Position numbers and translations under genes: made by a program. This document shows positions 10,651 through 20,752 of a stretch of DNA of 64,000 nt, one piece after another. The notes under the pieces were generated by a model. The model had not been told where the DNA came from, did not search any database, and was given only the letters and a program-made list of their open reading frames with translations. The stretch is from an uncultured Acidobacteriota bacterium (lineage in GTDB: Bacteria; Acidobacteriota; Thermoanaerobaculia; Multivoradales; JAHEKO01), in the NCBI GenBank assembly GCA_963713825.1, contig CAVQNG010000003.1, positions 448,001 to 512,000 of the forward strand, read 5' to 3'. Position 1 is the stretch's first letter; each line of letters begins with the position of its first letter.

Positions 10651-12014
10651 CCTCGGTCCTCATTGTCGAAGACGATCCAAAGATCCGCGCCACGCTCCTG
10701 TTTCAACTTCGCGAGGAGGGCTTCGCTCCCGAAGGAGTCACCAGTGCCGAAAACGCTCTCCAGGAGATGAACAGTGCACTTCCTGACCTCCTGATACTCG
10801 ACGTCCGACTGCCAGGGATGAGTGGTGTTGAGCTAGTGCATCAGCTGGTTAAAGAAGAGAGGCTACCGCCGACGGTTATCATCTCGGGCGAAGCCTCCAT
10901 CAGCGAAACGGTGGAAGCGCTTCAACTCGGTGTTCACGAGTTCATCGAGAAGCCGTTCTCGAAGGAGCGCCTGCTCCGGTCCATCACCAACACCCTCGAG
11001 CACAACTGCCTGCGCCAACGCGTGGCAGCACTCGAGACCGAGCTCGGTATCGACCGGGAGATTCTCGGAGACTCCGAAGCGATTGGCCGTCTTCGAGAGC
11101 AGATTACTCGAGTGGCGCTCACCGACGCCCGGGTTCTGATTCGCGGCGAGAGTGGGACCGGCAAGGAGCTCATCGCCGACGCCATCCACCGCGGTAGCTC
11201 GAGAAGCGAGCGGCCCTTCGTCAAGGTGAACTGCGCCGCGCTGCCCCCCCATCTCATCGAGGACGAGCTCTTCGGCCATCTTCGAGGGGCCTTCACGGAC
11301 GCGAGGCGCGACAAGCCGGGCCTTTTCGAGGTGGCTGACGGTGGAACGCTCTTCCTCGACGAAATCGGTGACATGGAGCTGGCGCTTCAGAGTCGCCTCC
11401 TGCGTGTGCTCGAGGACGGCAAAGTCCGCCGCCTGGGAGACACAAGGGAGCGCACCGTGGACGTGAGAATCGTCACGGCTACACATACCGACCTCGAAGC
11501 TGCGGTGGGTGATGGGCGATTCCGTGAGGATCTCTATTTCCGACTGGCCCACGTGCCCTTGGAGGTTCCTCCTTTGCGGGAACGGACCGGGGACATCGCC
11601 CTGCTCTTCAAACACTTCCTCAGGATTCACAGTCGGAGGCAGCGGCGCGCCGAGCTCGGCTTCGAATCGACGGTTCTCGAGCAGCTCGAGACGCTCGCTT
11701 GGCCCGGGAATGTCCGCGAGCTGTCGAACCTTTGCGAACGACTCGTCGTCTTCGCTGCCGACCCCGTTACTGTGGAGCAGCTACCGGAGCGCTATCGGAT
11801 CCGAGCCAAGGAACTGCCAGGCAACGGCCTGTCAGCCCTGGAGCCCAGTGCGCCGATCCTGCCCTTGCGTGACCTTCGTAGCCTCGTCGAACGCGAGTAC
11901 ATCGAGCGCGTGCTTCATCACACGGCCGGCAATATCACCGCAGCGGCCAAGCTCCTGGGTCTTCAAAGGTCCTATCTTTACGAAAAGATGGCCAAGCTCG
12001 GCCTACGACCCTAA
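10647..12014 (+). CDS. Sigma-54-dependent response regulator (NtrC/NtrX family)
   Basis: Receiver domain, GESGTGKE, GAFTDA, FLDEIG, WPGNVREL, Fis-type HTH. Confidence 0.92.
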   Translation: MTSVLIVEDDPKIRATLLFQLREEGFAPEGVTSAENALQEMNSALPDLLILDVRLPGMSGVELVHQLVKEERLPPTVIISGEASISETVEALQLGVHEFIEKPFSKERLLRSITNTLEHNCLRQRVAALETELGIDREILGDSEAIGRLREQITRVALTDARVLIRGESGTGKELIADAIHRGSSRSERPFVKVNCAALPPHLIEDELFGHLRGAFTDARRDKPGLFEVADGGTLFLDEIGDMELALQSRLLRVLEDGKVRRLGDTRERTVDVRIVTATHTDLEAAVGDGRFREDLYFRLAHVPLEVPPLRERTGDIALLFKHFLRIHSRRQRRAELGFESTVLEQLETLAWPGNVRELSNLCERLVVFAADPVTVEQLPERYRIRAKELPGNGLSALEPSAPILPLRDLRSLVEREYIERVLHHTAGNITAAAKLLGLQRSYLYEKMAKLGLRP

Positions 12015-12078
12015 CGACGAGGTATCGCTCTCCACGAGGCCTCGCCTCCAGGTGACGCTTACGCAGGTTTCCAGTTGC

Positions 12079-12696
12079 TCAATCGAAACAAATGCCCCGC
12101 TTCACAGCCTCCGCGATCATTTGTCCTCGGCAAATCTCGTACTTCTCCGCGCTGATATCCAGATCGAAACTCACTGTCTGGTCTCCACGACACTTCAGTC
12201 TCTTGGTCCAGCAGAAGTATTCACTGATCGCCGGAAGATGGACCACACCAACACCCCCCCACCTGCACGCCTCCTCGAGTCCGACATACCATCCCGTTAG
12301 GACGACTTTTGGACCGTCGAAGTCCTCGCACCATTCGGGATCATCCGTGCCGGAGCTCGGGTAGGGGAGATCCTGGATCTCCTCATCTGTCCAGCATGGA
12401 CACTCCGAAGAGGTCGGGACGCCCGGCATGTCAGGGTCTCCCTCCTCCATCCGGTCCCAGTAATTCTCCAGAATACTTCGAGATTCCGGCCTGCACACTT
12501 CGAAGGGATCTTCCAGCGTCCAGTTCGGTGCGCATGGATATTCCCAGTAGTCCATGCAGAGCTCGAGGAGTCCAGGGGTCCCTCCCCGGAGGTCTTCACA
12601 CAGTCTCTCGCCAACGACCCCCGCAAGCATCACCGATGGCAACGCAAGACCGAGTCCACCAAGCGCCAGGGCTGTTACAAACTTCTTCATCGTCAT
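12079..12696 (-). CDS. Cys-rich secreted hypothetical protein
   Basis: RBS then MTMKKFVTALAL signal peptide; about 10 Cys including CPCW. Confidence 0.55.
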   Translation of the reverse strand: MTMKKFVTALALGGLGLALPSVMLAGVVGERLCEDLRGGTPGLLELCMDYWEYPCAPNWTLEDPFEVCRPESRSILENYWDRMEEGDPDMPGVPTSSECPCWTDEEIQDLPYPSSGTDDPEWCEDFDGPKVVLTGWYVGLEEACRWGGVGVVHLPAISEYFCWTKRLKCRGDQTVSFDLDISAEKYEICRGQMIAEAVKRGICFD

Positions 12697-13032
12697 CCCC
12701 CTTCCCTGCAAATTCAACCGTGACCGGTTCCCGGACTCCAACTGCAAGATCACAGCCAAACCCCAGATGCCCAGATGGCCCAGATGGCCCAGATGGAACG
12801 AATCATTGCTTGGTTTAGGTTTCGGAAGCTCTTCCCGTCTAAAGGCAACACGCTGTCTAGGAGGTTCAGCCATCAAGAGAGCGACGATGCTTCTCGGAAT
12901 GGGAAAGGGGTTGCCAGCGCCAGCCGGCCTTACACCTCCGACTCACTGCTGACTTGTCTGGCGCACCGCACATCTGTCGCTAAAACCAGACAGGTCGGAA
13001 GACTTCGTAGACAATTCTGAGGCACCTTCATG

Positions 13033-13258
13033 GGACCGCGGGCATTGAGTCCCAGCTACTCAATAGGGAGAAAGTATCCCAAAGTGTCAGCGATGTCCTG
13101 AGGTCAATGTGTCAACCATGTCCCGAGGTTGTACACCTTGCGGGCGCCCTCGGGAGGGGGCAAGCCCCTCCCCGTTCACCCTGATAGTCACAACACCTGA
13201 CCACGAAGCGACGGGGCTTCGCGGTCAAGGGGGATTGTTGTGGTCGATGCTCAACAGC
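13033..13258. repeat. Junction J4: arm B end, IS481-like end, partial REP, arm A
   Basis: ggaccgcgggcattgagtcccagctactcaatagggagaaagt; gggagggggcaagcccctcccc; acaacacctgaccacgaagcgacggggcttc...gattgttgtggtcgatgctcaa. Confidence 0.85.
13081..13135. mobile_element. Isolated IS481-family terminal end
   Basis: Reverse complement TGTACAACCTCGGGACATGGTTGACAC...CAGGACATCGCTGACAC: TGT terminus with two GACATnGnTGACAC repeats 25 bp apart. Confidence 0.6.
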
Positions 13259-13365
13259 GGCGAGACTGCCCCACGCAAGGATCAGGGAAGACCCTCACCT
13301 CCTGGGACCACTTGAACGGCACTTCGTTGGCTCCAAGAGAACCGCAGATTCGTGAAACATTGCCC

Positions 13366-13394
13366 TGACCGCGGTCGTAATATGACCAGGGTCA
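13366..13394. promoter_or_regulatory. Putative tandem TetR operators
   Basis: Palindromes tgaccgcggtcg and tgaccagggtca upstream of the TetR gene. Confidence 0.4.
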
Positions 13395-13487
13395 GGAAAT
13401 GGGCAAGCTCATTCATCCACCGAACGCGCCTACCGGGAACCGAGTGTCCCCGCATCCTGGCTCCCCCGTAGAAAGGAGTCGGAATCG

Positions 13488-14090
13488 ATGAACCCTAGTT
13501 GGAGACAGCAACAGAAAGCACATCTCGAACAACAACTCTACGAGGTCGCCCTCCAGCTGTTCCGCGATCAGGGCTACGAGCACACCACGGTGCAGCAGAT
13601 CACCGATCAGGTCGGTGTCGCCAAGAGCACGTTCTTCAACCACTTCCCAAGCAAAGAACATGTAGTAGTCCTCTGGTACCGCCGCCTGACCCTCGACAGC
13701 CTCGCCGAGTTGGAGAAACAACGTCACGCCAGCGCTCTGGAGGCGATAACCGCCCTGACGGATGCGTTGGCGGTACGGGCGGTAGCGGAGCCGAAGCTGG
13801 TAGCGGTCAAGGCCCGAATCGTCGCCGCCAGCGATCTGCTGTCTGGCGAGGAGGTCACACTGGACTCTCAGCTGCTGGCGTTCTGCCGGGAACAGATTTC
13901 CCAAGCCATCGAGAGGGGAGAGCTGACAACCGATCTCGACACCGAGATGCTAGCCGCCCTCATCCTGACGACGATCACCGGGACATCCCACGAGTGGGTG
14001 ATCTCGCGGCATGGCTTCGACCTGCGTGAAGCGCTCGAGAATCGTGTCGCCTTCCTCTTTCGGGCCGCGACCCGAAGCTGCAGCCAGTGA
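13488..14090 (+). CDS. TetR/AcrR family regulator
   Basis: GYEHTTVQQITDQVGVAKSTFFNHFPSKE HTH. Confidence 0.92.
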   Translation: MNPSWRQQQKAHLEQQLYEVALQLFRDQGYEHTTVQQITDQVGVAKSTFFNHFPSKEHVVVLWYRRLTLDSLAELEKQRHASALEAITALTDALAVRAVAEPKLVAVKARIVAASDLLSGEEVTLDSQLLAFCREQISQAIERGELTTDLDTEMLAALILTTITGTSHEWVISRHGFDLREALENRVAFLFRAATRSCSQ

Positions 14091-14114
14091 ATCGGACCCA
14101 CGGAGAGAGATGCT

Positions 14115-14963
14115 ATGTTCAGAGAAATTCTCCGCTTCGAGATCGCCTACCATCTCAACCACCGGCTCTTCTACTGCACGGCTGCAGTCCTGTTCCTCTT
14201 CGCCCTGGGGTTGATGAGCAGCGATCTGGGGGTGTTGTTCAGTCACTCGCCTGCCAGGGTGGCTCGCAACGCGCCTTACGTCATCGTCAAGCTGCAGGCC
14301 GGGCTGAGCTCACTGGGCCTGTTGGTGATTCCGGCCTTTGTCGCCAGCTCCATCCTCCGCGACTTCAAGCATGGGACGCACCCACTCTTCTTCAGCAAAC
14401 CCATCCGGAAACTCGACTATCTCCTAGGCCGCTTCTCCGGCTCGATGTTGATCTCCTTGGCGCTCTTCGTGAGTACCGCTCTCGGCTTGCTCGTGGGAAG
14501 CATCGCACCGTGGCAGGAGGCGGCTCGTGTCGGGCCTTTCCTGATCGCCCCCTATGCTGAGGGCCTGGCGCTTCTTGTCGTGCCCAATCTGCTGGTCATG
14601 GGGGCGATCTTCTTCACGGTCACCAGCTTGAGCCGCAGCATGCTGTTCACCTACGTGTGCGTCGTGGTCTTCGTCTCTCTCCAGGATTACGCGGAGATCC
14701 TGGCCAAGGAGCTCGAAAGCGGCTTGCTGGGAAGCTTGATCGAGCCGCTGGGCATCGCCGCTCTCGAGACCACGTCCAGGTACTGGACTGTCGCCGAGTA
14801 CGACACCGCCCTACCCGGGCTGTCGTGGCCGCTGTTCTGCAACCGCCTGGTCTGGCTCGCAGTCGGCATCGTGACCTTCGCCGTGGGCTATTCGGTTTTC
14901 AGCTATAGCCGGGCTACCGCCAGATCGTGGCGGTCTCGCCGGCGCAGACAGGCGGCATCGTGA
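14115..14963 (+). CDS. ABC-2 permease (N-terminal part of a permease/M1 peptidase)
   Basis: MFREILRFEI start, multi-TM, YLLGRF motif. Confidence 0.8.
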   Translation: MFREILRFEIAYHLNHRLFYCTAAVLFLFALGLMSSDLGVLFSHSPARVARNAPYVIVKLQAGLSSLGLLVIPAFVASSILRDFKHGTHPLFFSKPIRKLDYLLGRFSGSMLISLALFVSTALGLLVGSIAPWQEAARVGPFLIAPYAEGLALLVVPNLLVMGAIFFTVTSLSRSMLFTYVCVVVFVSLQDYAEILAKELESGLLGSLIEPLGIAALETTSRYWTVAEYDTALPGLSWPLFCNRLVWLAVGIVTFAVGYSVFSYSRATARSWRSRRRRQAAS

Positions 14964-17722
14964 CCAGACCCTCCCCTGTTCCGGGTACGAAGAGCGATTT
15001 CGGTGGCGGCACTGCGTGGCGTCAACTGCTTCACCGAACGCGACTGGAGGCCGCCGAAGTCCTGTGGGGCGCGCCGTTCCTCGTCCTGCTACTCCTCGGC
15101 CTGACGGTTGTCGTCTCCTTTGCGTTGATCGTCGGGGAGAACCGGGGGGCCTCGGTCTATCCGCTCACCTACATGATGCTCCGGGGTCTGGGAACCGGTC
15201 TGCAGATGTTCCTGGTCATCACCGTCGTATTCCTGAGTGGTGAGATGGTGCACCGGGAACGCAGCCTGGAGATGTCCCAGGTGTGCGATGCCCTGCCGGT
15301 ACCGACCTGGGTCTTCCTCGGCTCCAAGCTCTTGACGCTGATCGTCGTAGTGGCTGTGTTCATCGCCGCCGGCATCGTCTCGACGGTAGGGGTACAGATC
15401 TCTCGCGGGTATTTCCATCTCGAACCCAGCCTCTATGCCAGAGGCTTCCTGGCCATCGCGGTGCCGTGCATGCTCCTGGCTGTCCTCAGCCTCTGCATCC
15501 AGGTCCTGGCGAACAACAAGTTCCTCGGCTATCTCCTGATGGTGGTCGTTCTCGGACTTCGCTACGGGATGCCGCTCCTCGGCTACGAGCACTACCTCTT
15601 GCGCTATGGCGCATCTCCCGGGCTCTCCTACTCCGACATGAACGGCTACGGCCACTTCGCAGAGCCGTTTCTCTGGTTCAATCTCTACTGGGGCTTCGCT
15701 GCCATCATCCTCCTCGCGCTGTCGACGCTCTTCTGGGTGCGGGGAACCGACTCCTCCTTTGGGAGCAGGATCTCCGCGGCGCGCCGGCGTTGGTCGGGGC
15801 CGGTACGGATCGTCGTAGCGGTGGCTGCACTCGGCCTGGTGGCGTCCGGTGCCTACATCTTCTACAACACCAACATCCTGAACGACTACACACCCCGTTC
15901 CCGTCGCATCGAGCGGCTCGCCGACTACGAAAGGAAGTATCGGCAGCATGAGAACGCTCCGTTGCCACGCATCACCGCCATTCAGGCCGATGTGGACATC
16001 TTTCCCGAGGAGCGCCGGCTGGCGGTACGAGGCACCTACCGCATCGAGAACCGCGGCGTCGAGCCGATACGGCTGCTGCCTATGACCCTGTCTCCGCGCA
16101 TGGATCTCGACGTCCTCCCGCTGAGCGGTGGGATAACCCTCGAGCGATTCGACGCGGGCGGGCAGAGCGTGATCGAGGCCGATGAGGAGCTGGGGTTCTA
16201 CCTGTACCAACTCGACAGAGCCCTGGCGCCGGGGGAGGCCCGAGAGCTCTCATTCGAGGTGACCGCCGTCAACCAGGGGTTCAAGAACAGCAGGCCCAAC
16301 AATCTGGTCGTAGGCAACGGCACCCTCTTCACCAACCGCAGCTTCTTTCCGACCCTGGGATATGCCCCCACCAACGAGCTCCGCAGCACCAGGCACCGGA
16401 GCCGGCAGGGCCTGCCGCCGCTGCTGCGAATGGCATCCGTGGACGATGTGGCAGCGCGAGACGAAAACTACCTCCACGCCGACTGGGTCGAGTTCGAGAC
16501 CACCGTGTCGACCTCCGTCGACCAGATCGCCCTGGCCCCGGGCCACCTCGAGAAGGAGTGGGTCGAAGGCGAACGGCGCTACTTCCAGTATCGAGCCGAG
16601 GCCCCCATCATCAACTTCGTGGTCTACATGTCGGCGGAGTACGAAGTGCGGCGGGACCGTTGGCGAGACGTGGAGATCGAGGTGTACCACCACCCGAGTC
16701 ACTCCTTCAACATCGATCGCATGGTCGCGGCCAGCAAGAGCGCTCTCGAATACCTCTCCTCGAGCCTGGGGCCCTATCCTCACAGCCAGCTGCGCATCGT
16801 CGAGGTACCCAACTACATCGGCCTCACCGCGTTCTCCCTCGCCGGGACCATCCCGTTCTCCGAATCGTGGGGCTTCATCATGCGGCATGGTGACGACGAC
16901 ATCGACTTCACCACCGAGGTGGTGGCGCACGAGATCGCTCACCAGTGGTGGAACCACCAGGTGATCCCGGGCAATGTGCAGGGTGCGACGATGATCGCGG
17001 AGACCCTCTCCCAGTACGCCGGTGTGATGGTGCTGGAAAAGGCCTTCGGCCAGGGGATGGTGAACCGGTACCTCGCGACTGAGCTCGACCGCTATCTGGC
17101 CGGCCGAGGGGACGAGGAGATTCAGGAGATGCCGTTGCTACTGGTTGAGAACCAGCCGTACATCCACTACTTCAAGGGTAGCCTCGTCATGTATGCCCTG
17201 AAGGACTACATCGGAGAGCAGGCGCTCAATCGGGCGCTGCAGACCTTCTTCGAGGCCAACGTCTTCAAGGGACCGCCCTACCCAACCTCGGTCGAGCTCC
17301 TGCACCACCTCCGGGGGGTTGTGCCGGAGCAGTACCAGTCCGTGATCGAGGATATGTTCGAGACCATCACACACTTTGACAACAGAGCCGTGGAGGCCAC
17401 TTCCAGCGAACAGGCGGACGGCACCTATCTGGTCAAGCTGCAGACGATATCCAGAAAGCTGCGAACCAACGAGGACGGAACGGATGCCGAGATCCCCATC
17501 GACGACTGGATCGACATCGGCGTCTTCGGCGACAACGAGAGCGACAGCGGGGCCGGGCTCATCGAGTTGATGAACGAGAAGCGCCTCATCACCGAACCCA
17601 ACATGACCTTCGAAGTGCTGGTTCACCAACGTCCGGTGCAAGCCGGTATCGACCCCTACCACAGACTCATCGATCGTGACTCGAAGGACAACCTAGTCAG
17701 AGTATCCATCGCACCTCAGTGA
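14960..17722 (+). CDS. ABC-2 permease / M1 aminopeptidase fusion
   Basis: TM domain, YSDMNGYG, AHEIAHQWW (HExxH) with downstream E, GIDPY tail; GTGA overlap with the previous ORF. Confidence 0.85.
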   Translation: MTRPSPVPGTKSDFGGGTAWRQLLHRTRLEAAEVLWGAPFLVLLLLGLTVVVSFALIVGENRGASVYPLTYMMLRGLGTGLQMFLVITVVFLSGEMVHRERSLEMSQVCDALPVPTWVFLGSKLLTLIVVVAVFIAAGIVSTVGVQISRGYFHLEPSLYARGFLAIAVPCMLLAVLSLCIQVLANNKFLGYLLMVVVLGLRYGMPLLGYEHYLLRYGASPGLSYSDMNGYGHFAEPFLWFNLYWGFAAIILLALSTLFWVRGTDSSFGSRISAARRRWSGPVRIVVAVAALGLVASGAYIFYNTNILNDYTPRSRRIERLADYERKYRQHENAPLPRITAIQADVDIFPEERRLAVRGTYRIENRGVEPIRLLPMTLSPRMDLDVLPLSGGITLERFDAGGQSVIEADEELGFYLYQLDRALAPGEARELSFEVTAVNQGFKNSRPNNLVVGNGTLFTNRSFFPTLGYAPTNELRSTRHRSRQGLPPLLRMASVDDVAARDENYLHADWVEFETTVSTSVDQIALAPGHLEKEWVEGERRYFQYRAEAPIINFVVYMSAEYEVRRDRWRDVEIEVYHHPSHSFNIDRMVAASKSALEYLSSSLGPYPHSQLRIVEVPNYIGLTAFSLAGTIPFSESWGFIMRHGDDDIDFTTEVVAHEIAHQWWNHQVIPGNVQGATMIAETLSQYAGVMVLEKAFGQGMVNRYLATELDRYLAGRGDEEIQEMPLLLVENQPYIHYFKGSLVMYALKDYIGEQALNRALQTFFEANVFKGPPYPTSVELLHHLRGVVPEQYQSVIEDMFETITHFDNRAVEATSSEQADGTYLVKLQTISRKLRTNEDGTDAEIPIDDWIDIGVFGDNESDSGAGLIELMNEKRLITEPNMTFEVLVHQRPVQAGIDPYHRLIDRDSKDNLVRVSIAPQ

Positions 17723-17741
17723 ATGGGCAGGAGAAAGCGCC

Positions 17742-18626
17742 ATGTTGACGATCAGCAACCTCTCGAAGATGTACCCCAACGGCGTCCGCGCACTGCAGGA
17801 CGTCAGCCTGGAGATCCCGAAAGGCATGTTCGGCCTGCTCGGGCCCAACGGCGCCGGCAAATCGACCCTGATGCGCACACTCGCGACCCTTCAGGAGAGC
17901 GACACCGGCTCGATCCATCTGACCGAGGAACAACTCGATGTGAGCCGCGACAAGAACGAGGTGCGCAAGATCCTCGGCTACCTGCCTCAGGAGTTCGGGC
18001 TCTATCCCAGGATCTCCGCAGAAGCGCTACTCGACCATTTCGCCATCCTCAAAGGCATCACGGACAGCACCCATCGGAAACAGGCCGTCGAAGGTCTGCT
18101 CCGGAGGACCAACCTCTGGGATGTTCGCACCCAGAAGCTGGGGACCTACTCAGGCGGTATGCGACAGCGCTTCGGTATTGCCCAGGCCCTGCTCGGCGAC
18201 CCGAAGCTGATCATCGTTGACGAGCCCACTGCCGGCCTCGACCCCGAGGAGCGCCGCCGTTTCCTCAACCTGTTGAGCGAGATCGGCGAGAACGTGGTGG
18301 TGATCCTCTCGACCCACATCGTCGACGACGTCAGCGAGCTGTGCACCCGGGTGGCCATCATCGACCACGGCCGTGTGCTCCTGACCGGGGATCCCCGCGA
18401 CCTGATCTCACAGCTCGAAGGCAAGATCTGGAGCTCGGCAATGGACAAGGGTGAGGCAGAGAAGCTCGCCAACACGATGACTGTCCTCTCCACACGCCAG
18501 GTTGCAGGACAGAAAGTCGTCCGTGTACTCGGCTCGGAGGCGCCGGGGCACGGTTTCGAGCCCGTGCCTCCTGATCTCGAGGACGTCTACTTCGCAGCGC
18601 TCAAGAACGCGTGGCCCGGGGTCTGA
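17742..18626 (+). CDS. ABC transporter ATP-binding protein
   Basis: GPNGAGKST, YSGGMRQ, DEPTAGLD, STH. Confidence 0.95.
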   Translation: MLTISNLSKMYPNGVRALQDVSLEIPKGMFGLLGPNGAGKSTLMRTLATLQESDTGSIHLTEEQLDVSRDKNEVRKILGYLPQEFGLYPRISAEALLDHFAILKGITDSTHRKQAVEGLLRRTNLWDVRTQKLGTYSGGMRQRFGIAQALLGDPKLIIVDEPTAGLDPEERRRFLNLLSEIGENVVVILSTHIVDDVSELCTRVAIIDHGRVLLTGDPRDLISQLEGKIWSSAMDKGEAEKLANTMTVLSTRQVAGQKVVRVLGSEAPGHGFEPVPPDLEDVYFAALKNAWPGV

Positions 18627-18642
18627 ACCTTTCGCCTATCGC

Positions 18643-18711
18643 GGCGGCAAAGGTGAGGCTTATCGCTCCGAGAACACGAAGCTCGGACACGTTGTGGCGA
18701 TCAAGGCACTG
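18643..18711 (+). pseudogene. Ser/Thr kinase N-lobe remnant
   Basis: GGKGEAYRSENTKLGHVVAIKAL resembles GGMGEVYRAEDTKLGRxVAIKVL. Confidence 0.6.
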
Positions 18712-18760
18712 AATGATTGCGCAGCGAGTGGCTAGGCGGATTGGAACATTCTGCTGGCAT

Positions 18761-19282
18761 CTATCCGAGGATGCCGAGGAACTCATTCCACGGGCCGACC
18801 TCGACTTTGTACTGCCGAGCCATCACTTTGGCGATCTGCCCCAAGTGATTGAGGTCATGAGCGACCCAAGTAGCGAAAAGCTGTTTGAGGGTCACTGTGC
18901 CGAGATCTGGGTGGACGCCTGTCTTGTTGAGATCGGTTTCCGAGAGCTGCAGGCCACGGAGTCGATTGATGGACTGCTGCCGCCAATCGGCGAAGGTGTC
19001 GAGAAGCTCTTGCATGGTTTTCCCCTCGCTGTCGGCGATCATCGCGAATCGATCGAAGGGCTCGAACTGCCGTGTCTCCCGGTCAGAGAGGATGATCTCC
19101 GCGCGAGGGATCCAGTCAGTCTTCTCGCCATGGATGAGATGTCCCACGATGTCGAAGGGACTCCAAGTGTCCTCTCCATCGCTAGCGTGAACCCATTCCG
19201 GCGGCAGGTCGCCCAACCATGCTTGGAGGATTGAGGGGGTGGCCTCGAGGACTCTTATCGCCTTGTCGAGTTCGAATTCCAT
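18761..19282 (-). CDS. DinB family protein
   Basis: WSPFDIVGHLIHGE...WVAHDLNHLGQI His motifs. Confidence 0.85.
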   Translation of the reverse strand: MEFELDKAIRVLEATPSILQAWLGDLPPEWVHASDGEDTWSPFDIVGHLIHGEKTDWIPRAEIILSDRETRQFEPFDRFAMIADSEGKTMQELLDTFADWRQQSINRLRGLQLSETDLNKTGVHPDLGTVTLKQLFATWVAHDLNHLGQIAKVMARQYKVEVGPWNEFLGILG

Positions 19283-19363
19283 GAAAGTCCCTCTTGGTAT
19301 GCGTCGTTAGTCTCGTCGATCATGGAGACCACGCTTGCTGTATCTTGCCTCTATCCTACGCCT

Positions 19364-19550
19364 TTGTCGGAGGGGCCCACTGAGGGTTCAGAACCCAACC
19401 TGAGGGTCCACCGAAACGGACCAGGATGGACCACGGTCATTGAGTCACCGATTGATGTAGGGGCGGCCCTTGCGGCCGCCCGAGGGAAGAACACGCCCCT
19501 CCCCTGCATTTTGAGAGTCACAACACCTGACAACGAAACGACGGGGCTTC
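19364..19550. repeat. Junction J5: arm B, REP, arm A (no tRNA core)
   Basis: ggtccaccgaaacggaccaggatggaccacggtcattgagt; REP at 19456-19508; acaacacctgacaacgaaacgacggggcttc. Confidence 0.85.
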
Positions 19551-19701
19551 TCCGCATGCGGCTACTGCCCTCTGCCGGTTGCTCCAGGACCGCGAGCGAC
19601 TCCTGAGCTTCTTCGAGTTCCCAACTCCTCGCGCCCTTTCAATAGCAGGATTGTGGAGACACTCGCTTGACCTTTCACCCTCGAAGAGAGATCTTGGGGC
19701 C

Positions 19702-20541
19702 ATGTTCGACCAGCTCGAAACGATATTCCACCGACCGAAGACGTTCGAGTTCTACACCGCCAACGAGCTGTGGACCGACGAGCACACCTCAGCGCAGATG
19801 CTCACCTACCACCTCAACGAGGAAGTCGACCTCTCCTCCCGCAGCGGGGCGTTCATCGATCGCTCCGTGGAATGGATCGTCCCCCACTTTGGAGTGGGCA
19901 AGGGAACGAAGATCGCCGACTTCGGCTGCGGGCCCGGGCTGTACGCCACCCGATTGGCCCGACACGGGGCCGACGTCACCGGCATCGACTTCTCGAAACG
20001 CTCCATCGACCACGCCCGCAAGACGGCTGCGGCGGAGGGGCTGTCCATTCGCTACATCAACGAGAGCTACCTCGAGTTGGAGCTGGACGATCGCTTCGAC
20101 CTGGTCACGATGATCATGTGCGACTTCTGTGCGCTCAGCCCCGAGCAACGGCGCACCATGCTCCGCAAGTTCCATGGACTGCTCGCGCCGGGGGGCGCGG
20201 TGCTGCTCGACGTCTACTCCCTGGCCGCCTTTGCCGGGCGCAAGGAGCTGGCCACCTGCGAGATAGATCTCCTAGACGGCTTCTGGTCGCCGCACCGCTA
20301 TTACGGCTTCCTCAACACCTTCAAGTATGACGAGGAGAAGGTGGTCCTCGACAAGTTCACCATTGTCGAAGAGGCGCGCACCCGCACCATCTACAACTGG
20401 CTGCAGTACTTCAGCCCCGAGGCTCTCGAGCAGGAGCTCAACGGCTGCGGCCTCGACGTCGAGAAACGCTACGCGGATGTGGCCGGCTCGACGTACAAGC
20501 CCGAACACACCGAGTTCGCGGTGGTGGCCCGCAAGCAGTAG
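19702..20541 (+). CDS. Class I SAM-dependent methyltransferase
   Basis: DFGCGPG, GIDFS, LAPGG motifs. Confidence 0.9.
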   Translation: MFDQLETIFHRPKTFEFYTANELWTDEHTSAQMLTYHLNEEVDLSSRSGAFIDRSVEWIVPHFGVGKGTKIADFGCGPGLYATRLARHGADVTGIDFSKRSIDHARKTAAAEGLSIRYINESYLELELDDRFDLVTMIMCDFCALSPEQRRTMLRKFHGLLAPGGAVLLDVYSLAAFAGRKELATCEIDLLDGFWSPHRYYGFLNTFKYDEEKVVLDKFTIVEEARTRTIYNWLQYFSPEALEQELNGCGLDVEKRYADVAGSTYKPEHTEFAVVARKQ

Positions 20542-20547
20542 GACAGG

Positions 20548-20752
20548 GGCTCCGAAATACCTCTTCTGGCCACGTAGACTTATCGGAAGGACTTATCCGT
20601 GACTCACGGACATTGAGTGAACTCTCGGTGCAGGGCCGGCCCTCACGGCCGCCCGCGGGAGGGGGCAAGCCCCCTCCCCTTCATGCTGAAAGTCACATCA
20701 GCTGACCACTATGCGACGGCGCCTCTCGGGCAGAGGGGATTGTCGTGGTCGC
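20548..20752. repeat. Junction J6: arm B, REP, degenerate arm A
   Basis: ctccgaaatacctcttctggccac...cattgagtgaactctcgg; REP at 20629-20683; ggcagaggggattgtcgtggtc. Confidence 0.8.
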
